Assembly (NCBI GenBank): GCA_964016885.1
Contig: OZ024743.1
Span: 204,972,001-205,036,000 of the forward strand
DNA length: 64,000 bases
Direction of reading: 5' to 3'
Source: Eledone cirrhosa
Taxonomy: Eukaryota
Of this stretch, positions 51,901 to 64,000 are shown piece by piece. Position 1 is the first letter of the stretch. The number at the start of each line of letters is the position of its first letter. The notes under the pieces were generated by a model, which was given only the letters and a program-made list of their open reading frames with translations, ran no database searches and was not told where the DNA came from. Made by a program: the position numbers and the translations under genes.

Positions 51901-53493
51901 GTCCTTCTAATGGGCTTTAATGGATGTGTAATGTGTTTAATGCAATTTTAATGGGGTTTAATGGGGGTAGTAGGTTTCAATGGGTTTTAATGGAGTTTTA
52001 ATGGCTAGTGCTCTTTTTTAAAGAGTTTTTAATGGTGTTTTTAATGGTTTTTCATTGAGCTTTTAATTGCGTTTTTAATCTAGTTTAAAAATTGAGTTTT
52101 AATGGGTTTTTCAATTAGGTTTTTAATGGATTTATAATGGTGTTTTTTACGGACCCTTTAATTTTTTATAATGGGTTTTCAATGCCGTTTTAATGGTGTT
52201 TTTTAATGGTATCCTTAATGACGCTTCGATAAGTTTCAATGTTATTTTAATGGGGTTTTGATTGATTTTTTAATGGAGTTTTTTTAATGAACTTTTATTG
52301 GGGTTTTCAATCAGGTTTTTAACTGAATTTTTAATGTTTTTCAATTAGATTTTTTATGGAGTTTTTATGGGCTTTTTAATGAGTTTTTAATGGTGTGCTA
52401 ATTGAGTTTTCAATTACCTTTTTAATTGAGTATAAAATCGAGTTTTTACTAAGTTTTTAATGAATTTTTAATGGAATTTTAATGGGGTTTCCAATGGACT
52501 TTTAATTGTGTTTTAATGGGGTTTTAAAATTGGTTTTTAGTTGCATTTTTCAGGGGCTTTTAATGGGGCTTAATGGGGGTTTAATGGGGGATTTAATTGA
52601 GTTTTTAATGGAGTTTAATAGAGTTTATAATGGAGGTTTTAATGGAGTTTTTAATGAAGTTTTAATGTAGTTTTTAATGAGGTTTTTAATGACGATTTTA
52701 ATGGCGTTCTTAATGGCGTTTTAATGGTATTTTATGGCATTTTAATGACGGTTGTAATGGTTTTTAATGGAGTGTTAATTGGTTATTGATTGTATTTTAA
52801 TGGGTTTTATGAGCTTTTTAATGGGCTTTTTAGTGGTGTTTTTAATGGAGTTTTTAATGGGTCTTTTAATGGAATTTGCAATGTAGTTTTTAATGGTGTT
52901 TTTAATTGTATTTTTAATGACGTTTTAATGGTGTTTTTTATGGCGTTTTAATAGGATTTTTAATTGGTTTTTTAAAAAACTATTATTATGGGTTTTATGT
53001 AATTTTATAATGGGATTTTCAGTAGGGTTTTTAATTGGATTTTTAATGGAGTTTATGTTTTTTAATTGGATTTTTAAAGAATTTATAATTGCGGTTTTAA
53101 TATAGTGTTTAATGGAGTATTTAATTGGTTTTTAATGGTAATTTTAATGGAGTGTTTAATGTGTTTTTAATGGGGGAGGAGGGGGGTAAAATGCAGTTTT
53201 TAATTGAGTTATCAATGGAGTTTTTAATGACATTTTTAATGACGTTTTAATAGCGTTTTATGACGTTTTAATGACGTTTTAATGGTTTTTTTATTGGGTT
53301 TTGGGAGTTTTTATGAGCTTCTAATTAGGTTTTAAATGGGGTTTTCAATGAGGTTTTTAGTGGAATTTTTAATGGGCCTTTAATGTATTTTTAATGGGAT
53401 TTTAATGTTTTTTATGGCGTTTTTAATGGTATTTTAAATGCTGTTTTAATGTTTCTTTTATGGCCTTTTAATTGGGTTTTTGATTGAGTTTTT

Positions 53494-53592
53494 AATGGAT
53501 TTTTTTTAACGGATTTTTTTTTAATGGATTTTTTTTAATGGATTTTTTTTTTATGGATTTTTTTTTATGGATTTTTTTTAATGGATTTTTTA
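53494..53592 (+). repeat. Unit-8-specific expansion of (A)ATGGA(T)6-10, ~7 copies
   Basis: Replaces ...GGATTTTTTTAACGAGAATTATGAAG seen in all other units. Confidence 0.9.
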
Positions 53593-54131
53593 ATGAAGTT
53601 TAATGGGTTTCCAGTGTGTTTTAAATGAAGTTTTTGATAATATTTTTAATGGAATTTTAATGGCGGTTATGGGATTTTAATGAGTTCTGGTGGTATTTTT
53701 GTGGGTTTTAATGGGGTGTTAAATGGTTTTAATGTTGTTTTACTTGCGCTTTCGATTACGTTTACAATTAAGTTTTTACTGTTTTTAATTGGATTTTTAA
53801 TGGATTTTAATGTGGTTTTTAATGGAATTTTAATGGTGTTTTAATATAGTTTTTAATGGGTTTCGGATGTAGCTTTTAATGGTGGTTTAGTGTGCTTTTT
53901 ATTGGGTTTTTAATGAGTTTTTATGAGCTTTTCAATGGAGTTTTTAATGGTGTTTATATATATATATATATACATACATATATATGTATATATATATATT
54001 TACACATATATATGTGTATATATATATGTATATATATATATTTACACATATATATGTGTATATATATATGTGTATATATATATTTACACATATATATGTG
54101 TATATATATATTTACACATATATATGTGTAT

Positions 54132-54169
<38 letters not shown>

Positions 54170-54170
54170 T

Positions 54171-54205
<35 letters not shown>

Positions 54206-54301
54206 TATATATATATATATATATATTAAATATATATATATATATATATATTAAATATATATATATATATATATATATTAAATATATATATATATATATA
54301 T

Positions 54302-54338
<37 letters not shown>

Positions 54339-54361
54339 TATATATATATATATATATATAT

Positions 54362-54420
<59 letters not shown>

Positions 54421-55013
54421 CACTTTCATGTTACACACTATATATAAACTGGGATTTATATTTTGCGTTAGTGCCATAATAAGCTGACAACGATATATTC
54501 GTATCTTAAAAAATATTTTTTTTAGATCACATTGTTCTAGATATTATTAAAATTATTAAATCTATTTTCAATTTGCACGAACACTTGCATATACTACATA
54601 CATACATTTATATAGACACTAACACAAATATTAGCATATACATAATTTCTTAGTCATTGAGGATGTGTTTTTATACATACATATGCATATTGCATACATA
54701 CATACATACACACATACAAGCATATACATAGACATACACACACACATATATACACACACTGTATATATATATATACATACACACACACACACATATATAT
54801 ATACACACACACACTATATATATATATAGTGTGTGGTGTATATATATATATGTGTGTGTGTGTATGTATATATATACAGTGTGTGTATATATATGTGTGT
54901 GTATGTGTATGTATATGCTTGTATGTGTGTATGTATGGATGCAATATGCATATGTATGTATAAAAAACACATCCTCAATTACTAAGAAAATATGTATATG
55001 CTAATATTTGTGT

Positions 55014-55045
<32 letters not shown>

Positions 55046-55108
55046 CGCACACACTATATATATATATATATATACATACACACTATATATATATATATAC
55101 ACACACAC

Positions 55109-55157
<49 letters not shown>

Positions 55158-58100
55158 AATCCCATTAAAAACCACATTAAAAATTCAATTAAAAATCTAT
55201 TTTGAAAAACCCATTAAAAACCCCATTATAAGCTCATAAAACACTCCATTAAAACCCCAACCAAACCCCCCATTAAAACACAATTAAAACATCATTAAGA
55301 ATGCCAATAAAAGCGCCATTAAAAACCACATTGGAAACCCATAAAAACCCAATTAAAACAAAATTAAAGTTTCCATTAAAAGTCCCCATTAAAACTCCAT
55401 TAAAACCCCCATTAACCCCCCCCTCGAAAAGACATTAAAACCTCAAATTTAAACCGAAATAAAAACTCAATAAAAACGCAATTAAAAACTCAATTAAAAC
55501 ACCATTAAAAACACAATTAAAAGCCCATTAAACCAATTAAAATTGCATTAACACACCACTAAGGTTCCATTGGAAAACCATTAAAAATGTCATTAAAAAC
55601 TACACTGAAAACCCATTAAACCCCCATTAAAAGCGCACCCAAAACTTTATAAAAAACAAAATAAAAACCCCATTAAAATACCATTAAAACGGCATAAAAC
55701 ACCATTAAAACTACATTAAAACTCAATTAAAAATTCCATTTAAATCTCCATTATAAACTCAATTAAAACTCCATTAAAACTCAATTAAAAACTCCATTAA
55801 AAACACACACACATGAAGTTACATGCTGGCTTGCACACTTATAGCGATTGCTATTTCCTTTTAATTTCATTAAAACTAGGATGTTTTAGAAAGATAAAAA
55901 CAAAACTGAATATTGAAGAGACTAGGGAGGGGTAAAGAAAGGCAGATCAGGCTGTAGAGGACAGTAGGGGGAGAAGAGGGAAGAGACTTGGGAGGGGTAA
56001 AGAAAGGCAGATCTGGCTGTAGAGGACAGTAGGGGGAGAAGAGGGAGAAATAAACTAAATTATAAACTAAGTTATAAACTAAATTATAAACTAAATTAAA
56101 AACTCAATAAAATAAAATAAAATAAAATAAAATAAAATAAAATAAAATAAAATAAAATAAAATAAAATAAAATAAAATAAAATAAAATAAAATAAAATAA
56201 AATAAAATAAAAAATAAAATAAAATAAAATAAAATAAAATAAAATAAAATAAAATAAAATAAAATAAAATAAAAAAAAATAAAATAAAATAAAATAAAAA
56301 AAACTAAAAAATATAAATAAAATAAAATAAAATAAATAAAATAAAATAAAATAAAATAAATAAAAATAAAATAAAATAAAATAAAATAAAATAAAATAAT
56401 ATAAAATAAAATAAAATAAAATAAAATAAAATAAAATAAAATAAAATAAAATAAAATAAAATAAAATAAAATAAAATAAAAAATAAAATAAAATAAAATA
56501 AAATAAAATAAAATAAAATAAAATAAAATAAAATAAAATAAAAAAAAATAAAATAAAATAAAATAAAAAAAACTAAAAAATATAAATAAAATAAAATAAA
56601 ATAAATAAAATAAAATAAAATAAAATAAAATAAATAAAAATAAAATAAAATAAAAAAAAATAAAAAAAAATTAAATATAAAAAATAAATAAAATAAAATA
56701 AAATAAGAACTCAATTAAAAACTCAGTAAAAACTCAATTAAAAACTCAATTAAAAACTCAATCGAAGCACCATTAAAACACCATTAAAAACTCCACTATA
56801 AACCCACTAAACCCATTAAAAACCAATTAAAAATTCAATTACACATCCCATTAGAAATTTTATTAAAAACTCAATTAAAAGTTCCATTGAAAGCACATTC
56901 AAAACCCATTAACCCCATATTAAAAGTTCATAAAACTCTATTAAAAACCCAATAACAAACCAATTAAAACGCCATTAAAACGCCACAAAACACAATAAAA
57001 TGTCATAAAAACGCCATTAAAACATCACAAAAAGCCCAATTAAAAAACCATTAATAATGCCATTAAAAATTCCATAAAAATCCATTAAAAACTCCACTAA
57101 AAGCCCATTATAAAGTTCATTAAAAGCCATATTATAAATTTCATAAAAAACAATTGAAAACCCCATTATTTATGAGCCTTTTTTATGAGTTTTTAATAGT
57201 GTTTTAATTCAGTTTTTAATTGCGTTTAAAATTGGGTTTTAATGGCTTTTTAATGGTGTTTTAATGGAATTTTAATGTGATTTTCGATGGTGTTTAATGG
57301 GTTTTTTATGGAGTTTTTAATTGGGTTTTCAATGGTGTTGTTTATGAGTTTTAAATGGGTTTTTAATGGAATTTTTGATTGCGTTTTTAATGAAATTTTT
57401 AATAGATTCAAGGATGTTTTAATGGAGTTTTTAATGGTCTTTTTAATGGCGTTTTAATTGTGTTTTTATGGTGTTTAAATGCGTTTTAATGATTTTTAAT
57501 TGGGTTTTTAATGGAGTATTTTTAATGAGCTCTTAATGGATTTTTCAATTGGATACTTAATGGGTTTTAATGGAATTTATAATAAGGGTTCTAATTGACT
57601 TTAAATATGATTTTTAATGGAGTTTTTAATGAAATTTCTAATGGTGTTTTTAATTGCGTTTCCCCCCGTGAGGGTTTTAATGGCATTTTAAATGACATTT
57701 TAATGAGTTTTTATGATGTTTTAATGGCGTTGTAATTGTTTTTTATTGGGTTTTTAATATAATTTTGTATGAGCTTTTAATGGGGGTTTTCAATGTTGTT
57801 TTTAATGGAGTGTTTAATGGAATTTTAATGGGGGTTTGATAAAAAAAATTAATTGCTTTTTAATTTAATTTTTAATGCGTTTTTGATGGTGTTTAAGTGC
57901 GTTCATGATGATCTTTTTAATGGATTTTTAATGGGGTTTTAATTGAATTTTTAATGGTGTTTTCAATGTAATTTTTAATGATAGTTTAATGGTGTTTTAA
58001 TGACGTTTTAATTGTGTTTTTATGGTGTTTTAGTGACGTTTAAATAGGATTTTTAATTGGTTTTTTAATTGAGTATTTATATGAGTTTTCACTGGTGTTT

Positions 58101-60608
58101 TTAATGGGTTTTTCAATATTGCATTTAATGAAATTTTTAATATGGTTTCAAATGGAATTTTTAATGTGTTTTTAATTGGGTTTCTAGTGACGTTTTTAAT
58201 GGTACTTTAAATGACGTTTTAATGACTTTTATGGCGTTTTAATGGGTTTTTTAATTGGGTTTTTAATGTAGTTTTTTAAAAGATCTTTACTTGGGATTTT
58301 ATGGGTTTTCAATGCGGTTTTTAATGGTATATTAATGGAGTTTTTGGTGTGGTTGTTAATGGTATTAGTGACATTTTAATGTGTTTTTAATGGTGTTTTA
58401 AGCGAGTTTCTGATTTAGTTTAAATTTAAATATTTGATGGTCCTTCTAATGGGCTTTAATGGATGTGTAATGTGTTTAATGCAATTTTAATGGGGTTTAA
58501 TGGGGGTAGTAGGTTTCAATGGGTTTTAATGGAGTTTTAATGGCTAGCGCTCTTTTTTTAAGAGTTTTTAATGGTGTTTTTAATGGTTTTTCATTGAGCT
58601 TTTAATTGCGTTTTTAATTGCGTTTTTAATCTAGTTTAAAAATTGAGTTTTAATGGGTTTTTCAATTAGGTTTTTAATGGATTTATAATGGTGTTTTTTA
58701 CGGACCCTTTAATTTTTTATAATGGGTTTTCAATGCCGTTTTAATGGTGTTTTTTAATGGTATCCTTAATGACGCTTCGATAAGTTTCAATGTTATTTTA
58801 ATGGGGTTTTGATTGATTTTTTAATGGAGTTTTTTTAATGAACTTTTATTGGGGTTTTCAATCAGGTTTTTAACTGAATTTTTAATGTTTTTCAATTAGA
58901 TTTTTTATGGAGTTTTTATGGGCTTTTTAATGAGTTTTTAATGGTGTGCTAATTGAGTTTTCAATTACCTTTTTAATTGAGTATAAAATCGAGTTTTTAC
59001 TAAGTTTTTAATGAATTTTTAATGGAATTTTAATGGGGTTTCCAATGGACTTTTAATTGTGTTTTAATGGGGTTTTAAAATTGGTTTTTAGTTGCATTTT
59101 CAGGGGCTTTTAATGGGGCTTAATGGGGGTTTAATGGGGGATTTAATTGAGTTTTTAATGGAGTTTAATAGAGTTTATAATGTAGGTTTTAATGGAGTTT
59201 TTAATGAAGTTTTAATGTAGTTTTTAATGAGGTTTTTAATGACGATTTTAATGGCGTTCTTAATGGCGTTTTAATGGTATTTTATGGCATTTTAATGACG
59301 GTTGTAATGGTTTTTAATGGAGTGTTAATTGGTTATTAATTGTATTTTAATGGGTTTTATGAGCTTTTTAATGGACTTTTTAGTGGTGTTTTTAATGGAG
59401 TTTTTAATGGGTCTTTTAATGGAATTTGCAATGTAGTTTTTAATGGTGTTTTCAATTGTATTTTTAATGACGTTTTAATGGTGTTTTTTATGGCGTTTTA
59501 ATAGGATTTTTAATTGGTTTTTTAAAGGACTATTATTATGGGTTTTTTATGTAATTTTATAATGGGATTTTCAGTAGGGTTTTTAATTGGATTTTTAATG
59601 GAGTTTATAATATGTTTTTTAATTGGATTTTTAAAGAATTTATAATTGCGGTTTTAATATAGTGTTTAATGGAGTATTTAATTGGTTTTTAATGGTAATT
59701 TTAATGGAGTGTTTAATGTGTTTTTAATGGGGGAGGAGGGGGTAAAATGCAGTTTTTAATTGAGTTATCAATGGAGTTTTTAATGACATTTTTAATGACG
59801 TTTTAATAGCGTTTTATGACGTTTTAATGACGTTTTAATGGTTTTTTTATTGGGTTTTGGGAGTTTTTATGAGCTTCTAATTAGGTTTTAAATGGGGTTT
59901 TCAATGAGGTTTTTAGTGGAATTTTTAATGGGCCTTTAATGTATTTTTAATGGGATTTTAATGTTTTTTATGGCGTTTTTAATGGTATTTTAAATGCTGT
60001 TTTAATGTTTCTTTTATGGCCTTTTAATTGGGTTTTTGATTGAGTTTTTAATGGATTTTTTTAACGAGAATTATGAAGTTTAATGGGTTTCCAGTGTGTT
60101 TTAAATGAAGTTTTTGATAATATTTTTAATGGAATTTTAATGGCGGTTATGGGATTTTAATGGGTTCTGGTGGTATTTTTGTGGGTTTTAATGGGGTGTT
60201 AAATGGTTTTAATGTTGTTTTACTTGCGCTTTCGATTACGTTTACAATTAAGTTTTTACTGTTTTTAATTGGATTTTTAATGGATTTTAATGTGGTTTTT
60301 AATGGAATTTTAATGGTGTTTTAATATAGTTTTTAATGGGTTTCGGATGTAGCTTTTAATGGTGGTTTAGTGTGCTTTTTATTGGGTTTTTAATGAGTTT
60401 TTATGAGCTTTTCAATGGAGTTTTTAATGGTGTTTATATATATATATATACATACATACATATATATGTATATATATGTATTTACACATATATATGTGTA
60501 TATATATATGTGTATATATATATTTACACATATATATGTGTATATATATATTTACACATATATATGTGTATTAAATATATATATATATATAAATATATAT
60601 ACATATAT

Positions 60609-60676
<68 letters not shown>

Positions 60677-60751
60677 TATATATATATATATATATATTAA
60701 ATATATATATATATATATATATATTAAATATATATATATATATATATATAT

Positions 60752-60796
<45 letters not shown>

Positions 60797-61414
60797 TATA
60801 TATATATATATATATATATATTCCACTTTCATGTTACACACTATATAAAAACTGGGATTTATATTTTGCGTTAGTGCCATATTAAGCTGACAACGATATA
60901 TTCGTATCTTAAAAAATATTTTTTTTAGATCACATTGTTCTAGATATTATTAAAATTATGAAATCTATTTTCAATTTGCACGAACACTTGCATATACTAC
61001 ATACATACATTTATATAGACACTAACACAAATATTAGCATATACATAATTTCTTAGTCATTGAGGATGTGTTTTTATACATACATATGCATATTGCATAC
61101 ATACATACATACACACATACAAGCATATACATAGACATACACACACACATATATACACACACTGTATATATATATATACATACACACACACACACATATA
61201 TATATACACACACACACTATATATATATAGTGTGTGGTGTATATATATATATGTGTGTGTGTGTATGTATATATATACAGTGTGTGTATATATATGTGTG
61301 TGTATGTGTATGTATATGCTTGTATGTGTGTATGTATGGATGCAATATGCATATGTATGTATAAAAAACACATCCTCAATTACTAAGAAAATATGTATAT
61401 GCTAATATTTGTGT

Positions 61415-61446
<32 letters not shown>

Positions 61447-61507
61447 CGCACACACTATATATATATATATATACATACACACTATATATATATATATACA
61501 CACACAC

Positions 61508-61586
<79 letters not shown>

Positions 61587-64000
61587 AATCCCATTAAAAA
61601 CCACATTAAAAATTCAATTAAAAATCTATTTTGAAAAACCCATTAAAAACCCCATTATAAGCTCATAAAACACTCCATTAAAACCCCAACCAAACCCCCC
61701 ATTAAAACACAATTAAAACATCATTAAGAATGCCAATAAAAGCGCCATTAAAAACCACATTGGAAACCCATAAAAACCCAATTAAAACAAAATTAAAGTT
61801 TCCATTAAAAGTCCCCATTAAAACTCCATTAAAACCCCCATTAACCCCCCCTCGAAAAGACATTAAAACCTCAAATTTAAACCGAAATAAAAACTCAATT
61901 AAAACGCAATTAAAAACTCAATTAAAACACCATTAAAAACACAATTAAAAGCCCATTAAACCAATTAAAATTGCATTAACACACCACTAAGGTTCCATTG
62001 GAAAACCATTAAAAATGTCATTAAAAACTACACTGAAAACCCATTAAACCCCCATTAAAAGCGCACCCAAAACTTTATAAAAAACCAAATAAAAACCCCA
62101 TTAAAATACCATTAAAACGGCATAAAACACCATTAAAACTACATTAAAACTCAATTAAAAATTCCATTTAAATCTCCATTATAAACTCAATTAAAACTCC
62201 ATTAAAACTCAATTAAAAACTCCATTAAAAACACACACACATGAAGTTACATGCTGGCTTGCACACTTATAGCGATTGCTATTTCCTTTTAATTTCATTA
62301 AAACTAGGATGTTTTAGAAAGATAAAAACAAAACTGAATAATGAAGAGACTAGGGAGGGGTAAAGAAAGGCAGATCAGGCTGTAGAGGACAGTAGGGGGA
62401 GAAGAGGGAAGAGACTTGGGAGGGGTAAAGAAAGGCAGATCTGGCTGTAGAGGACAGTAGGGGGAGAAGAGGGAGAAATAAACTAAATTATAAACTAAGT
62501 TATAAACTAAATTATAAACTAAATTAAAAACTCAATAAAATAAAATAAAATAAAATAAAATAAAATAAAATAAAATAAAATAAAATAAAATAAAATAAAA
62601 TAAAATAAAATAAAATAAAATAAAAAATAAAATAAAATAAAATAAAATAAAATAAAATAAAATAAAATAAAATAAAATAAAATAAAATAAAAAAAATAAA
62701 ATAAAATAAAATAAAATAAAAAAAAATAAAAAATATAAATAAAATAAAATAAAATAAATAAAATAAAATAAAATAAAATAAAATAAAATAAATAAAAATA
62801 AAATAAAATAAAAAAAAATAAAAAAAAATTAAATATAAAAAATAAATAAAATAAAATAAAATAAGAACTCAATTAAAAACTCAGTAAAAACTCAATTAAA
62901 AACTCAATTAAAAACTCAATCGAAGCACCATTAAAACACCATTAAAAACTCCACTATAAACCCACTAAACCCATTAAAAACCAATTAAAAATTCAATTAC
63001 ACATCCCATTAGAAATTTCATTAAAAACTCAATTAAAAGTTCCATTGAAAACACATTCAAAACCCATTAACCCCATATTAAAAGTTCATAAAACTCTATT
63101 AAAAACCCAATAACAAACCAATTAAAACGCCATTAAAACGCCACAAAACACAATAAAATGTCATAAAAACGCCATTAAAACATCACAAAAAGCCCAACTA
63201 AAAAACCATTAATAATGTCATTAAAAATTCCATAAAAATCCATTAAAAACTCCACTAAAAGCCCATTAAAAAGTTCATTAAAAGCCATATTATAAATTTC
63301 ATAAAAAACAATTGAAAACCCCATTATTTATGAGCCTTTTTTTATGAGTTTTTAATAGTGTTTTAATTCAGTTTTTAATTGCGTTTAAAATTGGGTTTTA
63401 ATGGCTTTTTAATGGTGTTTTAATGGGATTTTCGATGGTGTTTAATGGGTTTTTTATGGAGTTTTTAATTGGGTTTTCAATGGTGTTGTTTATGAGTTTT
63501 TAAATGGGTTTTTAATGGAATTTTTGATTGCGTTTTTAATGAAATTTTTAATAGATTCAAGGATGTTTTAATGGAGTTTTTAATGGCGTTTTAATTGTGT
63601 TTTTATGGTGTTTAAATGCGTTTTAATGATTTTTAATTGGGTTTTTAATGGAGTATTTTTAATGAGCTCTTAATGGATTTTTCAATTGGATACTTAATGG
63701 GTTTTAATGGAATTTATAATAAGGGTTCTAATTGACTTTAAATATGATTTTTAATGGAGTTTTTAATGAAATTTCTAATGGTGTTTTTAATTGCGTTTCC
63801 CCCCGTGAGGGTTTTAATGGCATTTTAAATGACATTTTAATGAGTTTTTATGATGTTTTAATGGCGTTGTAATTGTTTTTTATTGGGTTTTTAATATAAT
63901 TTTGTATGAGCTTTTAATGGGGGTTTTCAATGTTGTTTTTAATGGAGTGTTTAATGGAATTTTAATGGGGGTTTGATAAAAAAAATTAATTGCTTTTTAA

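Larger units (their letters stand above)
1..64000. repeat. Tandem array of a ~6.1-6.5 kb composite macrosatellite (8 full units + 1 partial; unit 7 interrupted by a retroelement)
   Basis: The marker GGTTTTTTAAA(GG)ACTATTATTATGGG recurs at 1, 6481, 12949, 19111, 25302, 31394, 37514, 52966 and 59516. The marker CATTGAGGATGTG recurs with spacings 6480, 6459, 6169, 6138, 6121, 15459 (=6141+9318 insertion), 6243 and 6403. Units are near-identical, differing mainly in simple-repeat lengths. Confidence 0.97.

Overview
Very AT-rich, eukaryotic-looking repeat DNA with no recognisable host genes. The window is a tandem array of a ~6.1-6.5 kb composite macrosatellite: 8 full units plus 1 partial, starting at about 1, 6481, 12949, 19111, 25302, 31394, 37514, 52966 and 59516. 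Each unit contains a degenerate 10-11 bp TTTTAATGG-type periodic repeat that flips strand twice, (TA)n tracts, a ~396 bp near-perfect hairpin, a purine-rich 65 bp dimer and an (AAAAT)n tract. Unit 7 is interrupted inside its (TA)n tract by a ~9.3 kb insertion (about 38731-48048). This insertion is two 5'-truncated copies of a Penelope-like retroelement joined head-to-head, forming a ~4.3 kb inverted repeat around a 596 bp spacer. The element is Neptune-like (RT C-terminal part with YRDD, Cys-rich linker, C-terminal GIY-YIG). Each copy has a ~3.2 kb microsatellite-laden 3' region ending in a putative type I hammerhead ribozyme with an unusually long (~115 nt) helix II. All other ORFs in the track are translations of simple repeats or short unsupported frames. 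Assignments come from reading motifs by eye; no searches or folding were run.
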